This document shows, piece by piece, positions 50,362 to 62,592 of a DNA stretch of 64,000 nt. The notes under the pieces are model-generated. The model worked only from the letters and a program-made list of their open reading frames with translations, did not search any database and had not been told where the DNA came from. The position numbers and the translations under genes are program-made. Source of the DNA: Squalus acanthias. Its lineage: Eukaryota. Position 1 is the stretch's first letter, and each line of letters starts with the position of its first letter. The stretch spans positions 67,768,001 to 67,832,000 of the forward strand of contig CM059438.1 in assembly GCA_030390025.1 (NCBI GenBank). Reading direction: 5' to 3'.

Positions 50362-51178
50362 GGGGGTGATTTTGCCAATGGGGGCGCGTTGGAGGCGGGA
50401 CTGCTGCTTGTCGGGTTTTAGTCCCGTCTCCATCGACTTGTGGCCAACCCATACTATTTTCCCTTGATTGACCTTTTTAAGCCCGCCCAATTAAGGGGAA
50501 GCCGGTTACAGAGAACATCAGCGTATGACGTTTCATCTGTCAAAAAATTTTGACAGATGAATTGTCAGCGTTTGACAGCTCTGTGAAGCTGTCAAACACT
50601 GACATTCTCTGTTGTTTGATGAGTCCTTGTATTCAAGACTCATCAAAACTATTTTGTGAGCAGAAATCAGATGGCTGTTGCATCAGAGAATGCAGCAGCC
50701 ATCTGTCATCTCTGCCGGTGAGATGCGAGACTCTCCGGTTCCCCAACTGTTGAAGCCTGCAGGAAGAAGCAAAGGTAAGCAAACATTTTCTACCACTTTT
50801 CACTCACCTCACATACTTACCTCTCCACACTTGCACCCATCACTCACCTCCACAGCGCACTTTTGCACCCCTCCGACCCCCGCAGACCCACTGCTCGCCT
50901 CGGTGACCCTGGCGGGGTTTCCCGATGTCAGGAAGCCAGCGCCCCTGGTGGAAAAATGGGGATAATCCTCTTAACTACCTGTCAACTACCTGTTAACAGG
51001 CAGTTAAGTGGCACTAATCCCCTTCCCGCCTCCAGGAGACGGGACTCGGCGCGGGTCGGCTACCCGCCTCCTGGGAAGATGGCACGGAGTTGGGTTGGGG
51101 CCCCGCCCCCAAATTCTGCCATTTTCCTGGCAGTCCCGCCTCCAAAGCCGCCTCCCCAGGGCTGGCAAAATCCAGCCC
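50362..51178 (+). mobile_element. Family A non-autonomous Harbinger/MITE
   Basis: TIRs GGGGGTGATTTTGCCA / TGGCAAAATCCAGCCC; collinear with 6060-6894. Confidence 0.88.
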
Positions 51179-52204
51179 AAAGTCTTCATATGTGCAACTG
51201 TTTTAAATAGTATGGTCATTAATGCTTATATCAGAACAAATTGAACTCTTGCAACCAATTTACCAGGCAACTTAAATCTTGACTTGATGCTTCCATATCT
51301 TGAATAGTACACTGAAATTTGAGACTGACAGACTCCTGCTTGGATCGGTGGTGTCTACACTAATTTGATCTTTATTGTTACTTTTCCACATCCATCATGT
51401 TTCATCCTATTTTCAGACTGACACATTGACATTGGACGAGAGGTCGTCTCATGACCTTAAACCTCCATTGCTTAATTTGGGTGGTTCAGATCCCTTTCGT
51501 TCAGGTCATTCTGTGAAAATCTTTTGGCCTTTTTACAGAACTCCTTTGAATGTTCCTCACCCATCAATAGCACTCGATAAAATGCAGCCATTCAAAACCT
51601 CTTGTGCTAATCCAGTCAAGCCCCCTTGTGTGGAGCTCCCACTTGATGCCAAGAAATGTTCACACAAATACTATGGGCTCAATTTTGCCAGGCCCGTGGA
51701 GGCGGGATTGGAGGCGTGTGAGGTGTTAAAATTGCAAAAAATGGCGGGCGGCTCCGATCCCGCCTCCAGCCCGCCTCCGAGCAATTTTCACTGAATCGGG
51801 GTTTCGGACCCCGTTTCTATCCCGCCTCCAAGAGGTGGGATAGGCCCTTAAGGCCCTTAACAACCAGTTAATTGCCTCTATAATCCCATTTTGAGAGGCC
51901 TTTCTGATTTTAACACATTTCCCCCATCCTGCACGTCTCCTCTGGAACACGACAGGTAATCCTGGTGGCCTCACAAGTGGACTGCTTACTAACAGCTGCA
52001 GCTCCACCATTAAAAAGGAGTTTTCACCAATGATCATTTGCAGGTGGCAGAACTTTGTTGTCTCAGGTCTGCGGGAACTTTTAGCAGGCCTACTCATTGT
52101 TGTGGAAGTTTGGAGCCTGAGACCCATCTCCAGTGTGACCTCCTGGGAAACCCCTCTCCCCACCTTGACTGAGCGCTTGCTCAACTGAGGTATATACCTG
52201 AAGC

Positions 52205-52431
52205 ATGGGAACCATTTATTTCCCTTCCTCCTAGACATCAGATTCGGACGAAGACCAGCCGCTGCAGCAGTAGAACCCTGAACAACAGCAGCACCAACTG
52301 CAGGAGCAACAACAGGAGCGCCAAGCTGCTGCTCACCCACCTGAAGCTGCACAGGCCAGAAGGCGCCAGCGCGCGACCACATTGCTGCCCGGGATGCAAG
52401 GGACGCACTCATGTTGGCCAGATTTGCTTAG
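52205..52431 (+). pseudogene. Transposase stub: Q-rich N-terminus joined to the extreme C-terminus
   Basis: MGTIYFPSS*TSDSDEDQPLQQ*NPEQQQHQLQEQQQERQ..ARRRQRA, then in another frame HIAARDARDALMLARFA*. No DDE domain lies between them. Assignment is by resemblance to Harbinger transposase termini. Confidence 0.6.
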
Positions 52432-52779
52432 CCTGCACAATCAAACACTTTTGCTTCGCACCTTCTTACCAGAGCATCAACAATGGACAAGAACCTATGG
52501 ATTCCTATCAGTCTGACCACCTTACTGACAATTGCAAGTCGCTCTAAGCCCTCAATGTGGAAGTCCCATTTGCAAAATAACACAGGCCACAACTTCAACA
52601 GTTTGCCATCAGAATTTTTTATCACAACAATCAACTGATGGCACTTCAAAAATAAACACAACATAACACCCAAGTGACTACCCTTGTGACAACTTGTGCA
52701 TTATCTTCCTCTTATGCGTGCACCTACATGGTGCTTCCCCTGTGGCTTCAGCAGATGTGGAGGCCCCTTGCTCGCTTTC

Positions 52780-54615
52780 TTACTGCTCCTGTCTTGACAC
52801 CTTTGGCGGGCATCCTCTGGGGTTGCGAACCTGTGAGGGCTCGGCAACTGTCTGCTGCTCCTGCGGCTGTGCAGGGGATGAGACGCCCATCTCAGTTGGG
52901 TGAGGATTCTGGTGGGGCTCTGACCAAGGGCTTTGCAGTGACATGGTCGTGTGAGCGCTTGGAGAGGAGCCCCCACTTCCAACATCCCTCTCATGAGTCA
53001 GCCCCACTTCAGAGCTAGCAATTGGCTTGACAGCACATTGCTGCAATTCAAGGGGGCCATGAGGACCCATTTCTGCACTGGAAGTCCTACTCCAGAGGAC
53101 GTCCATGAATGTTTGGTTTCTATGCTCAATAGCTGACCATCGCTCATCAAGAGATGCCAGTCTATTCTGAACAATGACCATGTTTTCAACACTCTGACGA
53201 CTTAGCTCCTCCATGGCTGCAGCCATCCTCTCCTCTACCGTAGCCATTCTTTCCACGGCGGTTGCCATCCTATCCGTGGTGATGCATTCAAGCGCCATGA
53301 CTCCACAAAGGCTCTGCTCATGTTAGTGATGGACTCCTCCATTCGCTCCACACTCGCAGCGACCCTGGAGACAAAACATGCCTGAGACTCCTGCACCTGT
53401 TCCTGGAGTTCCAGCACCGCACTCCTTCTGGATGGACCCAGAGGCACAGGGTCGACATGCAGCTGAGCCAAGCTGGGAGAGTCCTGCGCCCTCTGACGAG
53501 GACTCTCCACTGCTGTCCCTGTCTCTACCATCTGCTGATGCTCACTTGTGAGCTGTGATACACCAGGTGACAACACTACTCTATCTCGCGAAGGTCCCAC
53601 CAAGGTGTGAGTGTCTGCGCTGGTGCTGGGTGTGCTGAATTCTGCTGATGGAGTGCCCTCAGAGGTTGCAGCTTCCTTTGAGGAGTCTTAAAGCTCAGGC
53701 TCTTCCTCCTGGACAGTGGGGACGGGGGCTGTCGATGGTCCTGTGGGGGAGTAAAGGAAAGAGTTAGAGATGTGAGGTAAAGGTTGCATGCACATTGAAT
53801 TGTGCAGATGATCATAAGTCAACCTGTTAGAGCATCAGAATCATTATCAGTCACTCATGCAGTGTCAATGAGAGAGATGCCAAACTATTCTGTCACCAGC
53901 TTGCTGTGATGCACCCGTCTGTCCTTCCCCCACTTGCAAATCTTCCTCGACACCGGCGATTTCCAGGGCCGCCTCCTCCGAGATGGGGAGCTGTGCTATT
54001 GAGGGTGGCCCTCCTCCCATCCTCGCTCTTTCCCTCTTATTGTGGGCTCTCTTTTCCTGCAATGAGGGACACAAGTGGAGTTTGAGTGAAAATGAAGGAG
54101 TGAGTGTAGAAAATCCATAGCATAGATGCTTATAAGGAGACAAAGGGCCCTCCCTGTGTGTTGTAAGTTGTTGTCATTGCATCACAGTGATAGGGAGTGT
54201 GAGGGCTGCATGGTCGAATAGTTAAGTGAATGTGACCATAGAGAGAGAGGGAATGGGTAAGGGTGCAGGGATGTCAGTGTCAAGTGGGATGTGGAGGAAG
54301 AGGTTGGCAAAGCAGAATGCTGGTGAGGAGAGGCGATGGGGATCAGATTGAGGGTGATGGGAAAGTCATACTCACTTTTCCTCTGCGGAGAAGGTCATGA
54401 AACCTCTTCCTGCACTGCAGCCAGTTTCTGCGGCACATAGACATTGAGTTGGCCTCTTGGGCCACTTGCATCCACACAGCTTTAGTCTGCTGGGGAGGCT
54501 TTTTCCTCCCTGAGGAAGGGAAGAGCACCTCCTTATTTGATCTTGCTCCCTCCACCAGAGCTTGGAGGGAGGCCTCATCGAACCGTGGAGCACACTTTGG
54601 CCTACTGCTGGACAT
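52780..54615 (-). pseudogene. Harbinger Myb/SANT DNA-binding protein gene, 3 exons (54615-54376, 54056-53897, 53740-52780)
   Basis: Exon 1 APRFDEASLQALVEG..W..VA..RRNWLQCRKRFHDLLRRGK|GTGAGT. Exon 2 (CAG|)EKRAHNKRERARMGGGPP. Exon 3 is S/T/E-rich, then coiled-coil-like, ending RGCPPK. Splice phases are compatible. Lesions: a TAA at 53688-90 and a frameshift near 53300. Confidence 0.85.
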
Positions 54616-54707
54616 AGTTGCTGAATGAAGCGATCACAACAATGGGCATAAAGTTTAAAGTCTCCAGAAGAAGCAAGGCTGCTTGCAGGCCTTAAATCCA
54701 GCAGCAT

Positions 54708-54721
54708 TGATGACGTCATCA
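54708..54721. promoter_or_regulatory. CRE/ATF-type palindrome upstream of the Myb gene
   Basis: TGATGACGTCATCA about 95 bp upstream of the ATG. TGATGACGTCAT lies at the equivalent place (29801) in the other element. Confidence 0.45.
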
Positions 54722-55203
54722 GAGGCAACTTTCTGTATGAAAAGACTCATTGGGCCAGGGGCTCCCACACGCTGGAAGTCAAGGGCCCAATTAGGGCAAA
54801 ATCGCACTTTATTCCCACATCACATTGCAGTCGGGGTCATGACACGAAAACCACCTGACACGCCCCAGCCGGCCACCAATGGCAAAATCGAGCCCTATGT
54901 GTAATCTCATGCTCTCTTTTGATTTCCTTTGTGCATTTAATCAGCTTTATGCTGCTCCATCATGAATGGTGTAGCAGCACAGCAGTTCATAATGAAACTG
55001 GACTAAAGTTTCATGCTGCATCCTCAGGGAGCCATGTACATGATCCCGAGTAACACTAATTATTAGTCTAAAATATTTTTTAAAACAGGATAGCAAAGGT
55101 ACCTGATCAACACCAATAAGACACTGATGCTATTTTTTTGCAAACTTTAACAATTTTGTAGAATACACTTCCCCATTAATCTATTTATAGAATCTCGCTT
55201 ACA

Positions 55204-55930
55204 TTTTTTTATTCGTTCATGGGATGTGGGCGTTGCTGGCAAGGCCAGCATTTATTGCCCATCCCTAATCGCCCTCGAGCAGGTGGTGCTGCCTTCTTGA
55301 ACTGCTGCAGCCCGTATGCTGAAAGTACTCCCATCATGGTCCTTCCTTGTAGCGGTTTGGTACAACTGAGTGGCTTGCTCGGCCATTTCAGAGGGCAGTT
55401 AAGAATAAACCACATTGCTGTGGGTCTGGAGTCACATACAGGCCAGACCAGGTAAGGACGGCAGATTTCACAGGATTACAAGGGATATACGGCAGAGAAA
55501 CAGGCCGTTCGGCCCAACCAGTCCATGCCAGCGTTTATGCTCCACTCGAGTCTCCTCCCGTCTTTCCTCATCTAACTCTATCAGCATAACCCTCTATTTC
55601 CTTCTCCCTCATCTGCTTATTTAGCCTCCCCTTAAATGCATCTATACTATTTGCTTCAACCACTCCCTGTGGCAGCATGTTCCACATTCTCACCATTCTC
55701 TGGGTAAAGACGTTTCTTCTCAATTCCCTATTTGATTTCTTAATTCGCTATTTGATTGCCTTCTCGAAAGGACATTAGTGAAACAGATGGGTTTTTATGA
55801 CAATCGGTAGTTTAATGGTCACCATTACAGATACTAGCTTTTTATTCCAGATTTATTGATTAACTGAATTTAAATTCCCCAGCTGCCGTGTGGGATTTGA
55901 ACTCATGTCTCCAGACCATTCTTCCAGACC
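55204..55930 (-). mobile_element. Second SINE family (tRNA-like B box, family-2 LINE tail), split by CR1
   Basis: Minus strand shows GAGTTCAAATCCC near the 5' end, the body GAAATCTGCCGTCCTTACCTGGTCTGGCC..GTGACTCCAGACCCAC, and a 3' ~125 bp matching the family-2 LINE end. Confidence 0.72.
55471..55745 (-). mobile_element. CR1 3' fragment inside the SINE
   Basis: Encodes FTQRMVRMWNMLPQGVVE; 3' UTR GGGCCGAACGGCCTG. Confidence 0.85.
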
Positions 55931-55934
55931 CCCT

Positions 55935-56112
55935 CGTTAGATTTTTGGACTCTAAGGGAATCAAGAGATATGGGGATTAGACGGGAAAGTGGAGTTGAGG
56001 TCGAAGATCAGCCATGAATTTATTGAAGGCTCGAGGGGCTAGTTACATCCTCAAAAAATTCTAATAGATTTGTCAAACACGATTTCTCTTTCATAAAACC
56101 ATGTTGACTCTA
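55935..56112. mobile_element. Two short CR1 fragments in opposite orientation
   Basis: 55935-56040 (+) 3' UTR region; 56043-56112 (-) encodes SQHGFMKEKSCLTNLLEFFEDV. Confidence 0.75.
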
Positions 56113-56113
56113 C

Positions 56114-56595
56114 CTTTTTTAAAATTTGTTCATGGGATGTGGACGTCGCTAGCAAAGCCAGCATTTATTGCCCATCCCTAATTTCCTTTGAGAAGGTGGC
56201 GATGAGCTGCCTTCTTGAACCGCTGCAGTCCGTGTGGTGAAGGTACTCCCACAGTGCTGTTAGGTAGGGAGTTCCAGGATTTTGACCCAGCGATAATGAA
56301 GGATCGGCGATATACTTCCAAGTCAGGATGGTGTGTGTCTTGGAGGGGAACTTGGAGGTGTCAGTGTTGCCATGCGCCTGCTGCCCTTGTCCGTCTAGGT
56401 GGAAGAGGTCGCAGGTTTGGGAGATGCTGCCGAAGAAGCCTTGGCAAGTTGCTGCAGTGCATTTTGTAGATAGTTCACACTGCAGCCACGGTGCGCCGGT
56501 GGTGGAGGGAGTGAATGTTTAAGGTGGTGGATGTGTTGCCAATCAAGATGGCTGCTTTGTCCTGGATGGTGTTGAGCTTCTTGAGTGTTGTTGGA
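56114..56595 (-). mobile_element. Family-2 LINE 3' fragment
   Basis: Collinear with 36605-37080. Confidence 0.9.
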
Positions 56596-57905
56596 TGGCT
56601 TTTAAATAGAGTCTTTAAGGGGTACGGAGAGATGCAGAGGGAATTCCAGAGCTTAGGACCTAGACGGCTGAAGGCACTCGCCCCAAGGGTGAGGCAAAGG
56701 GAGTAGGAGATGCACAAGAGTCCAGTGTTGGAGGAACACAGAGTTCTTGGAGGGTTGGATGGCTGGAGGACATTAGAGATAGGGAGGGGAGAGCTGATGG
56801 AGGGATTGAACATGATGAGTATTTGAAAATTGAGGCGCTAATGGACTGGGAGTCAATGTCATAGAATCATAGAAGATAGGAGCAGGAGTAGGCCATTCGG
56901 CCCCTCTAGCCTGCTCCGCCATTCAATGCGATCATGGCTGATCATCCAAATTCAGTACCCTGTCCCTGCTTTCTCCCCAAATCCCTTGATCCCTTTAGCC
57001 TTAAGAAATATATCCAACTCCTTCTTGAATCTATTTAATGAATTGGCCTCTACTGCCTTCTGTGGCAGAGAATTCCACAGGTTCACCACTCTCTGGGTGA
57101 AGAAATTCCTCCTCATTTCTGTCCTAAATGGCTTACCCCTTATCCTTAGACTGTGACCCCTGGTTCTGGACTCCCTGACCATCGGGAACATCCTTCCTGC
57201 ATCTAGTTTGTCCTGTCCTTTCAGAATTTTATAAGTTTCAATGAGATCCCCTCTCATTCTTCTAAACTCCAGCGAGTATAAGCCCAATCGACCCAATCTC
57301 TCTTCATACGTCATTCCTGCCATCCCAGGTATCAGCCTTGTAGATCAGCAAGCACAGGTGATGGTTGAGCGGGACTTGGTGCGGGTTAGAATATAGTTGG
57401 CAGAGATCTGGATGAGTTCAAATTTATGGAAGATGAAAGATGGGAAGCCAGCCAGGAGAGCATTGGCAATGTCAAGTCTGGAGGTAACAAATATATGGAT
57501 GAAGGTTTCAGCCGCTGATAAGCTGAGACGGGGGGGGAGATAGGTGATGTTACGGAGGTAGTGCTAGGAAGTCTTAGTGATGGAGAGGCTATGAGGTAGG
57601 AAGCTCAGCGTAGGTTCAAGTAGGATGCTGAGGTAATGAGCAGTCTGGTGCATCCTGAGACAGTGGCCAAGGAAGGGCATGGAATCAGTCTTCCCAATGT
57701 TTAACTGGAGGAAACTGTGGCTCATCCAGGACTGGATGTCGGATAAGCAGTCTGGCAACACAAAGGCAGTGGAGGGGTTGAGAAGGGTGGTGGTGAGGTA
57801 GAGCTGGGTGTCGTCAGCATATGTCTGGAACCTGACGTGCCTTGGGATGATATTGCCGAAGGGCAGCACGTTGATGAGAAATAGGAGTGGGCCAAGGATG
57901 CATCC
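56596..57905 (-). mobile_element. L2 LINE fragment split by CR1
   Basis: Encodes FQTYADDTQLYL..CLSDIQSWMSHSFLQLNIGKT and AFSRLGPKLWNSL. Confidence 0.85.
56860..57338 (-). mobile_element. CR1 3' fragment inserted in L2
   Basis: Encodes MTYEERLGRLGLYSLEFRRMRGDLIE..; (TTCTATGA)n tail; possible TGT TSD. Confidence 0.93.
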
Positions 57906-58919
57906 CTAGAGCCCGATCTACAAATTTGCTGGCATGGAGTGGTGTCCTTGCCACCTGCAATTTAAAATTGCAGTCAGCCAGATCGGAGCGGGAAAGGCGT
58001 AGGTAAATCCCCAGCTCCTTTTTAACTTAAAAAAAATACTTGAATGTGGAGCTGAGAGGTGCAGGACAGCTCTGCCTGGCTCCACATTGAAACCACGGGC
58101 TGTTGCCGATCACCACTCGTTCCCCCCCTCCCCACCTACCCCGCTCCCCCACCTTTGACCACAGCCTACCGCTCCCCCCCACCCTTCCCGGTCACTGACC
58201 ACCCCCAATTCCTTCCCAATCGCGTCCCCCCTCTCCCTGGATCTGCCCCGGGGCCACTTTCTGCGGCATAGTGGCCTGAAATTCAAATCGTCTTTGCTGG
58301 GGAGATGTCTGAAAATGTCCAGCAGGCATCTGCAGTTTGCCATTCTGATGTAAATGAGACACAAGGCCCAATATTGGCGAGCCGGCACCAACCAATATCT
58401 CAGCCTATATCCGGTGTCAGAGTGAGACGCTTAGACACACCATCCTTGCGTTATTCAATGCATTTATGGTGATATTTGAGATTTCTAAGATCTTCTCAAT
58501 ATAGCACCGTCTGCATCTGAAACCCATTATTTCCTAACATTTCACACTGTGGAGCTCGTTCCTTCACTTCTCTCAAAATCTACAGGCTTTTATAAGCCAA
58601 GTCAGGCATCAAGTGAGTACTATTTTCTAATTTACCTAATTTCTTTTACACTTTTCAAAACAGATGGTGTTCTGCACGGTTTGCAACACCCTTCCACCTT
58701 GGTTTTATCAAAGGAAAAAAAATTACTGTTTTTCATAAGCTTACAAAATTTGTTCAAATTTAGTTATTTCTTTCTGCGCATTTTTATTCAGTGGTAAGAA
58801 ACGAGATTTAAAACAAAAGTCTGTGCATTATAACAAAATGAGGAACAGCTTATGATCAATCAGAGCTTCACATTGATGATGACATATTGTATTTGCTTAT
58901 GAACATCAATGACATCGGA

Positions 58920-59029
58920 TTGGGTTAGATGAAGAGGAGTGGGAGGCGGCTTGTGTGAAACATAAATGTCAACATGGACTAGTTGGGCCGAATGGCCTGT
59001 TTCTGTGCTGTAAATTCTATGTAATTCTA
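58920..59029 (+). mobile_element. CR1 3' UTR and tail
   Basis: TTGGGCCGAATGGCCTGTTTCTGTGCTGTAAATTCTATGTAATTCTA; the tail resumes after 59714. Confidence 0.8.
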
Positions 59030-59714
59030 GGGGGGGAAAATCCGGTTGCTTTGCGCCTCTGATTAGCGCCCCGAAGGGGGCGCTAACGGGGCGCAAAGAA
59101 ACTAGTGCCCGATCGTGGCATCCCGTGAAATTCAGTGGGGGGTTAGCGGCAGCAGAAGCCGGTAACGCCCCGCGGTGCTGCGCCTCCGGCTATGACATCA
59201 TCGCCGTGCGCAGCACCCCGCTCGTGCCCCGGCCGCAAACTTGGCTCATGCCCCCTGACCTACCGCTGGACGCTATGCCCAACAGGGTCAGGGAGGCGCT
59301 TTTGTGGCCACGGCGGCGATAATTAAAGGGCAGGTGCTGGGCGGCCTTTTCCTCCTGCGGGGTGCCGGCCGCGATCCGTCAGCCCGGCACTCCTCTTGAG
59401 TGCCGGGCCCTTTTGCCGGCACCCCACTCACCGGTGGTCCAACAGGGCCCCGGTGCGCGCTGCGCTAGGCCCCTCCCCTTTAATCAGGGGAGGGCGGTCT
59501 GTCGTACCGCAGCGTTACATGCCGACGTGTGTGGCGCTGCTGTACATAGTGCCGTGATATTCAATGGGAGCGCCCCATGAGGGAGGGGGAGCGCTTCCAG
59601 TAGCGCCCCGCCTCCTGCTTGGGGTGCTACCATTAAATTTCGGGCGCGGGGGCGCTAACTTTTTCGGGGCGCTAAAAGTAGTTATCGCCCCAAAGGGGGC
59701 ATGAGCCAATTCCC
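59030..59714 (+). mobile_element. Family C MITE
   Basis: Collinear with 15201-15943; ends GGGGGGGAAAATCCGG / GCCAATTCCC; possible TSD CTA. Confidence 0.85.
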
Positions 59715-60654
59715 CTATGTAATTTATGGCAGAAACATACAAACTCAATCGTGGATGTACAGCCAGGAGATGCAGAGTTTTCTCGCCACGCGAGCATTGA
59801 ACTAACAGAATTTTATTTTTCCCCTACCGAGCTGTAAACATCAGTCCTCTGCAGAGAAAGGAGAGGAGATGCTAACCGGTTCAGAATAAAGGGACGCTTT
59901 TGGTGAAAGTGTGATGAATAACAGCACCAACTTGTGCGTCTTGTAGGGTAGTATGCAGAAGCATGAAAAATGATATTTCTCAAGAGAGCGCTGAGGGAAA
60001 AATGAGCTGTCCTTTCAATCTCGCTAATGTGAAAGTCCCAGTGACCTCCCAACTGCTTTAACCTGCTGGAACTGTTGGAGTGCACTAAAGATGCTAGATA
60101 AAAGCAGCTTGGATTAAAGTGACCCACTTTGCTGGAATATTTGCTGGAAAGTTGGTAAAAAATTGTTTTTATTTTTAAAGGTGTGCTTAACTTCACTTAG
60201 TTTGCAGGCATCCACACTCAGCTGTGTATATTGATCACTGTGTTGCTGTGATACAGAGAAATTCAACTTGTAATCTCATATTTTTCTATCTTTGGGCCAT
60301 TTCGCTCTTCTTCCTGAGTGCATTGTGGGTAGGATGACATTTTACTCTGAACTTCATTAATTTTCTCCTGGAGTTGTGTGACAGACCCCTCCAAGGAATT
60401 TAGTTCAAGATTAAGGCTGCGTTTATTGATATTTACAAAGCCTCAACAATATGAAGAATATTCTGTCCTCTGAGCTTAACTTCTGTTCTTTAGTCTTGTT
60501 TATTGTGTTGGGTTTCTTCAAAAGATGAACTTTCAGCCATTTCCAAAATCCCAAATTGACTCGTTTGGATTTTTTCAGACAAAAAACTATTTTAAGGCCG
60601 TGAGCAAGTTGCAAGGTTCCATGTTTCGCAAGCGTCTGGCGTTAGTTGGCTGCA

Positions 60655-61225
60655 AGACAGCCCTCATCCGTGTCTTTGTCAACTCCAGACTTGACTATTC
60701 CAATGCTGCCCTTGTCGGCCTCCCATCGTCCACCGTACAATTGAATTCATCTAAAAAGCTGCTGCCTGCTATCCCGCACCAAGTCCTGCTCACCCATCAC
60801 TCCTGTCCTTCCTGTCCTGCATTAACTCCCAGTCACCTAATGCCTCAAGTTGAAATTCCTTAAATCCCTTCATGGCCTCGCCCTAACCCTATCTCTGTAA
60901 CCTCCTCCAGCACTGCCCGCCACCCCGAAATTTCCGTTCATCTAATTCTTGTATCTTGTAACCCTCCCCCTACCACCTCCACCCCCCCACCACCCACACC
61001 TTCACCCAACCATTGACAGCTGTGCCTGCAGCGGCCTTGGCCCCATCATCTGCAATTTCCTCCCTAAACCCTTCCGCCTCCTTTTCGACTCTCCTTAAAA
61101 CCCAGCTGTTTGACCGTGCGTAATATCTCCTTCATTGGCTCGGCATCCATGCTTTTTGATTACGCCTCTGTGAGGCATCTTGGGACGTTTTTCTCTGTTA
61201 AAGGGGCTATACAAATGCAAGTTTT
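60655..61225 (+). mobile_element. L2 LINE 3' fragment with terminus
   Basis: Encodes ALIRVFVNSRLDYSNAALVGLPSS; end GGGGCTATACAAATGCAAGTTTTTGTTG. Confidence 0.85.
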
Positions 61226-61844
61226 TGTTGGTGTTTCATGTTGACAATTCCACGGTGTTGTGGTAGCAATACACCCAAAGCAGCTATTTCCATAGTGCAG
61301 GGTTGGTCCTGGATATCTGACATCTGATTTTTCTCAGCAATCGAAAGAGGTTTTAACCCACTGATCCAATACATGTGCCAAATCTTCATCAGGAGAGGGG
61401 GGAGCAACTTTATGCAAAATACTCATTATTAGGTGTGACGAATTGGCGGTCTGTCTTGTTTTGAGCCATAAAACTATCTGTATTTTCAACATTTCTTGAA
61501 GAAAATGTGTAAATTGGCTGTACTGCAGCAAGTTTAAAATGTCTTGGTGACCATCTGTTGGCAGTGTATTTCTCTTGTATTGAGGGAAATGGCTATTGCA
61601 AATTTCACTTCAAAGAGGGTTCATTAACCCTGCCAAGGTGGCTTGCTTAAGTATGATAGGCGACCGATATTATAAGTATTGGCGAACCGAATGTTGAGCT
61701 GAGGGGAGGACAGCAGAGACTGTCGCTCATTGTATCAGAGCTGCTGTCCTGGAGATGCAAACATTACATCAGGGAAACGTGTCAGGCACTTTCGGTGCCT
61801 CTGAACATCTCGCTGATTGTCTATGATGTGTATTCAGAAATAAT

Positions 61845-62592
61845 GGCCCGGAATTTGCGGTCAGTGGCGGAGCAATGGCGCTCGCCACTGACCTCGAAGA
61901 AAGCTTCCCACAAAGATCTAGCGATCTCGGTGGCATAAATTTCACCTCTCCCGACGTTAGTTTGAATCTGGCGGCAAATCAAGCGAATCTCTAAGCGTCC
62001 AGCAACAGTGATGTCATCAAGCAGGCTAAGCAGCCAATCACATTGAAGAATTCTAACAGACAGCAAACCAGGAAGTAAAATGCACAGATTATAATTTACT
62101 TTTTATAAATTTTACAGAGAGTGAAATAAAGTTTGGGGCATACACATAGGATTAAGGAAGAAGTTGAAATATCATAAAGTTTTCAAAACATGTCATTCTT
62201 ATCATATTAATGGAAAAAATTGACATTCCGCAAATACAAAATTAGTTTTTCAGGGCCAGAATGTTTGTTCAGCAGTCAATTCGCTGTTAAAAACCAAGTT
62301 ACACCTCTTTCAACAAGGCTTAACTGTTTCAGGGGGTTTTAACAGTGATAGTCCAGCATAATAGGGGAAGATTTCATCAGGAACTACAGTTCAGCGTGAT
62401 TTGAATTGATTGCGGGCTCCGGGGAGTTCCACAGCACCACCTGTGGTGAAGCGTAGAATCACTGACAGCAACTTCTGGATTACCGCATTTATCTGCGCAT
62501 GCGCTGAGTCCAGAAGTTGCTGTCAGTTTCAGAGGAGTAATGCTAGTGAACGTTGACATTTTCGCCGTCATTACCACCACAAAATCCAGGCC
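61845..62592 (+). mobile_element. Harbinger-like MITE related to family B
   Basis: TIRs GGCCCGGAATTTGCGG / CCACAAAATCCAGGCC; AT-rich core; long internal inverted repeat CTGACAGCAACTTCTGGA...TCCAGAAGTTGCTGTCAG around GCGCATGCGC. Confidence 0.8.

Larger units (their letters stand above)
51675..54895 (+). mobile_element. Harbinger transposon (3221 bp) with a spliced Myb gene and a deleted transposase
   Basis: TIRs GGGCTCAATTTTGCCA / TGGCAAAATCGAGCCC (15/16 match); perfect TSD TAT (51672-74, 54896-98). Confidence 0.92.

Noticed and set aside
57908..58410. Additional MITE
   Set aside because: GC-rich and MITE-like, but I could not define matching TIRs, a TSD or a second copy.
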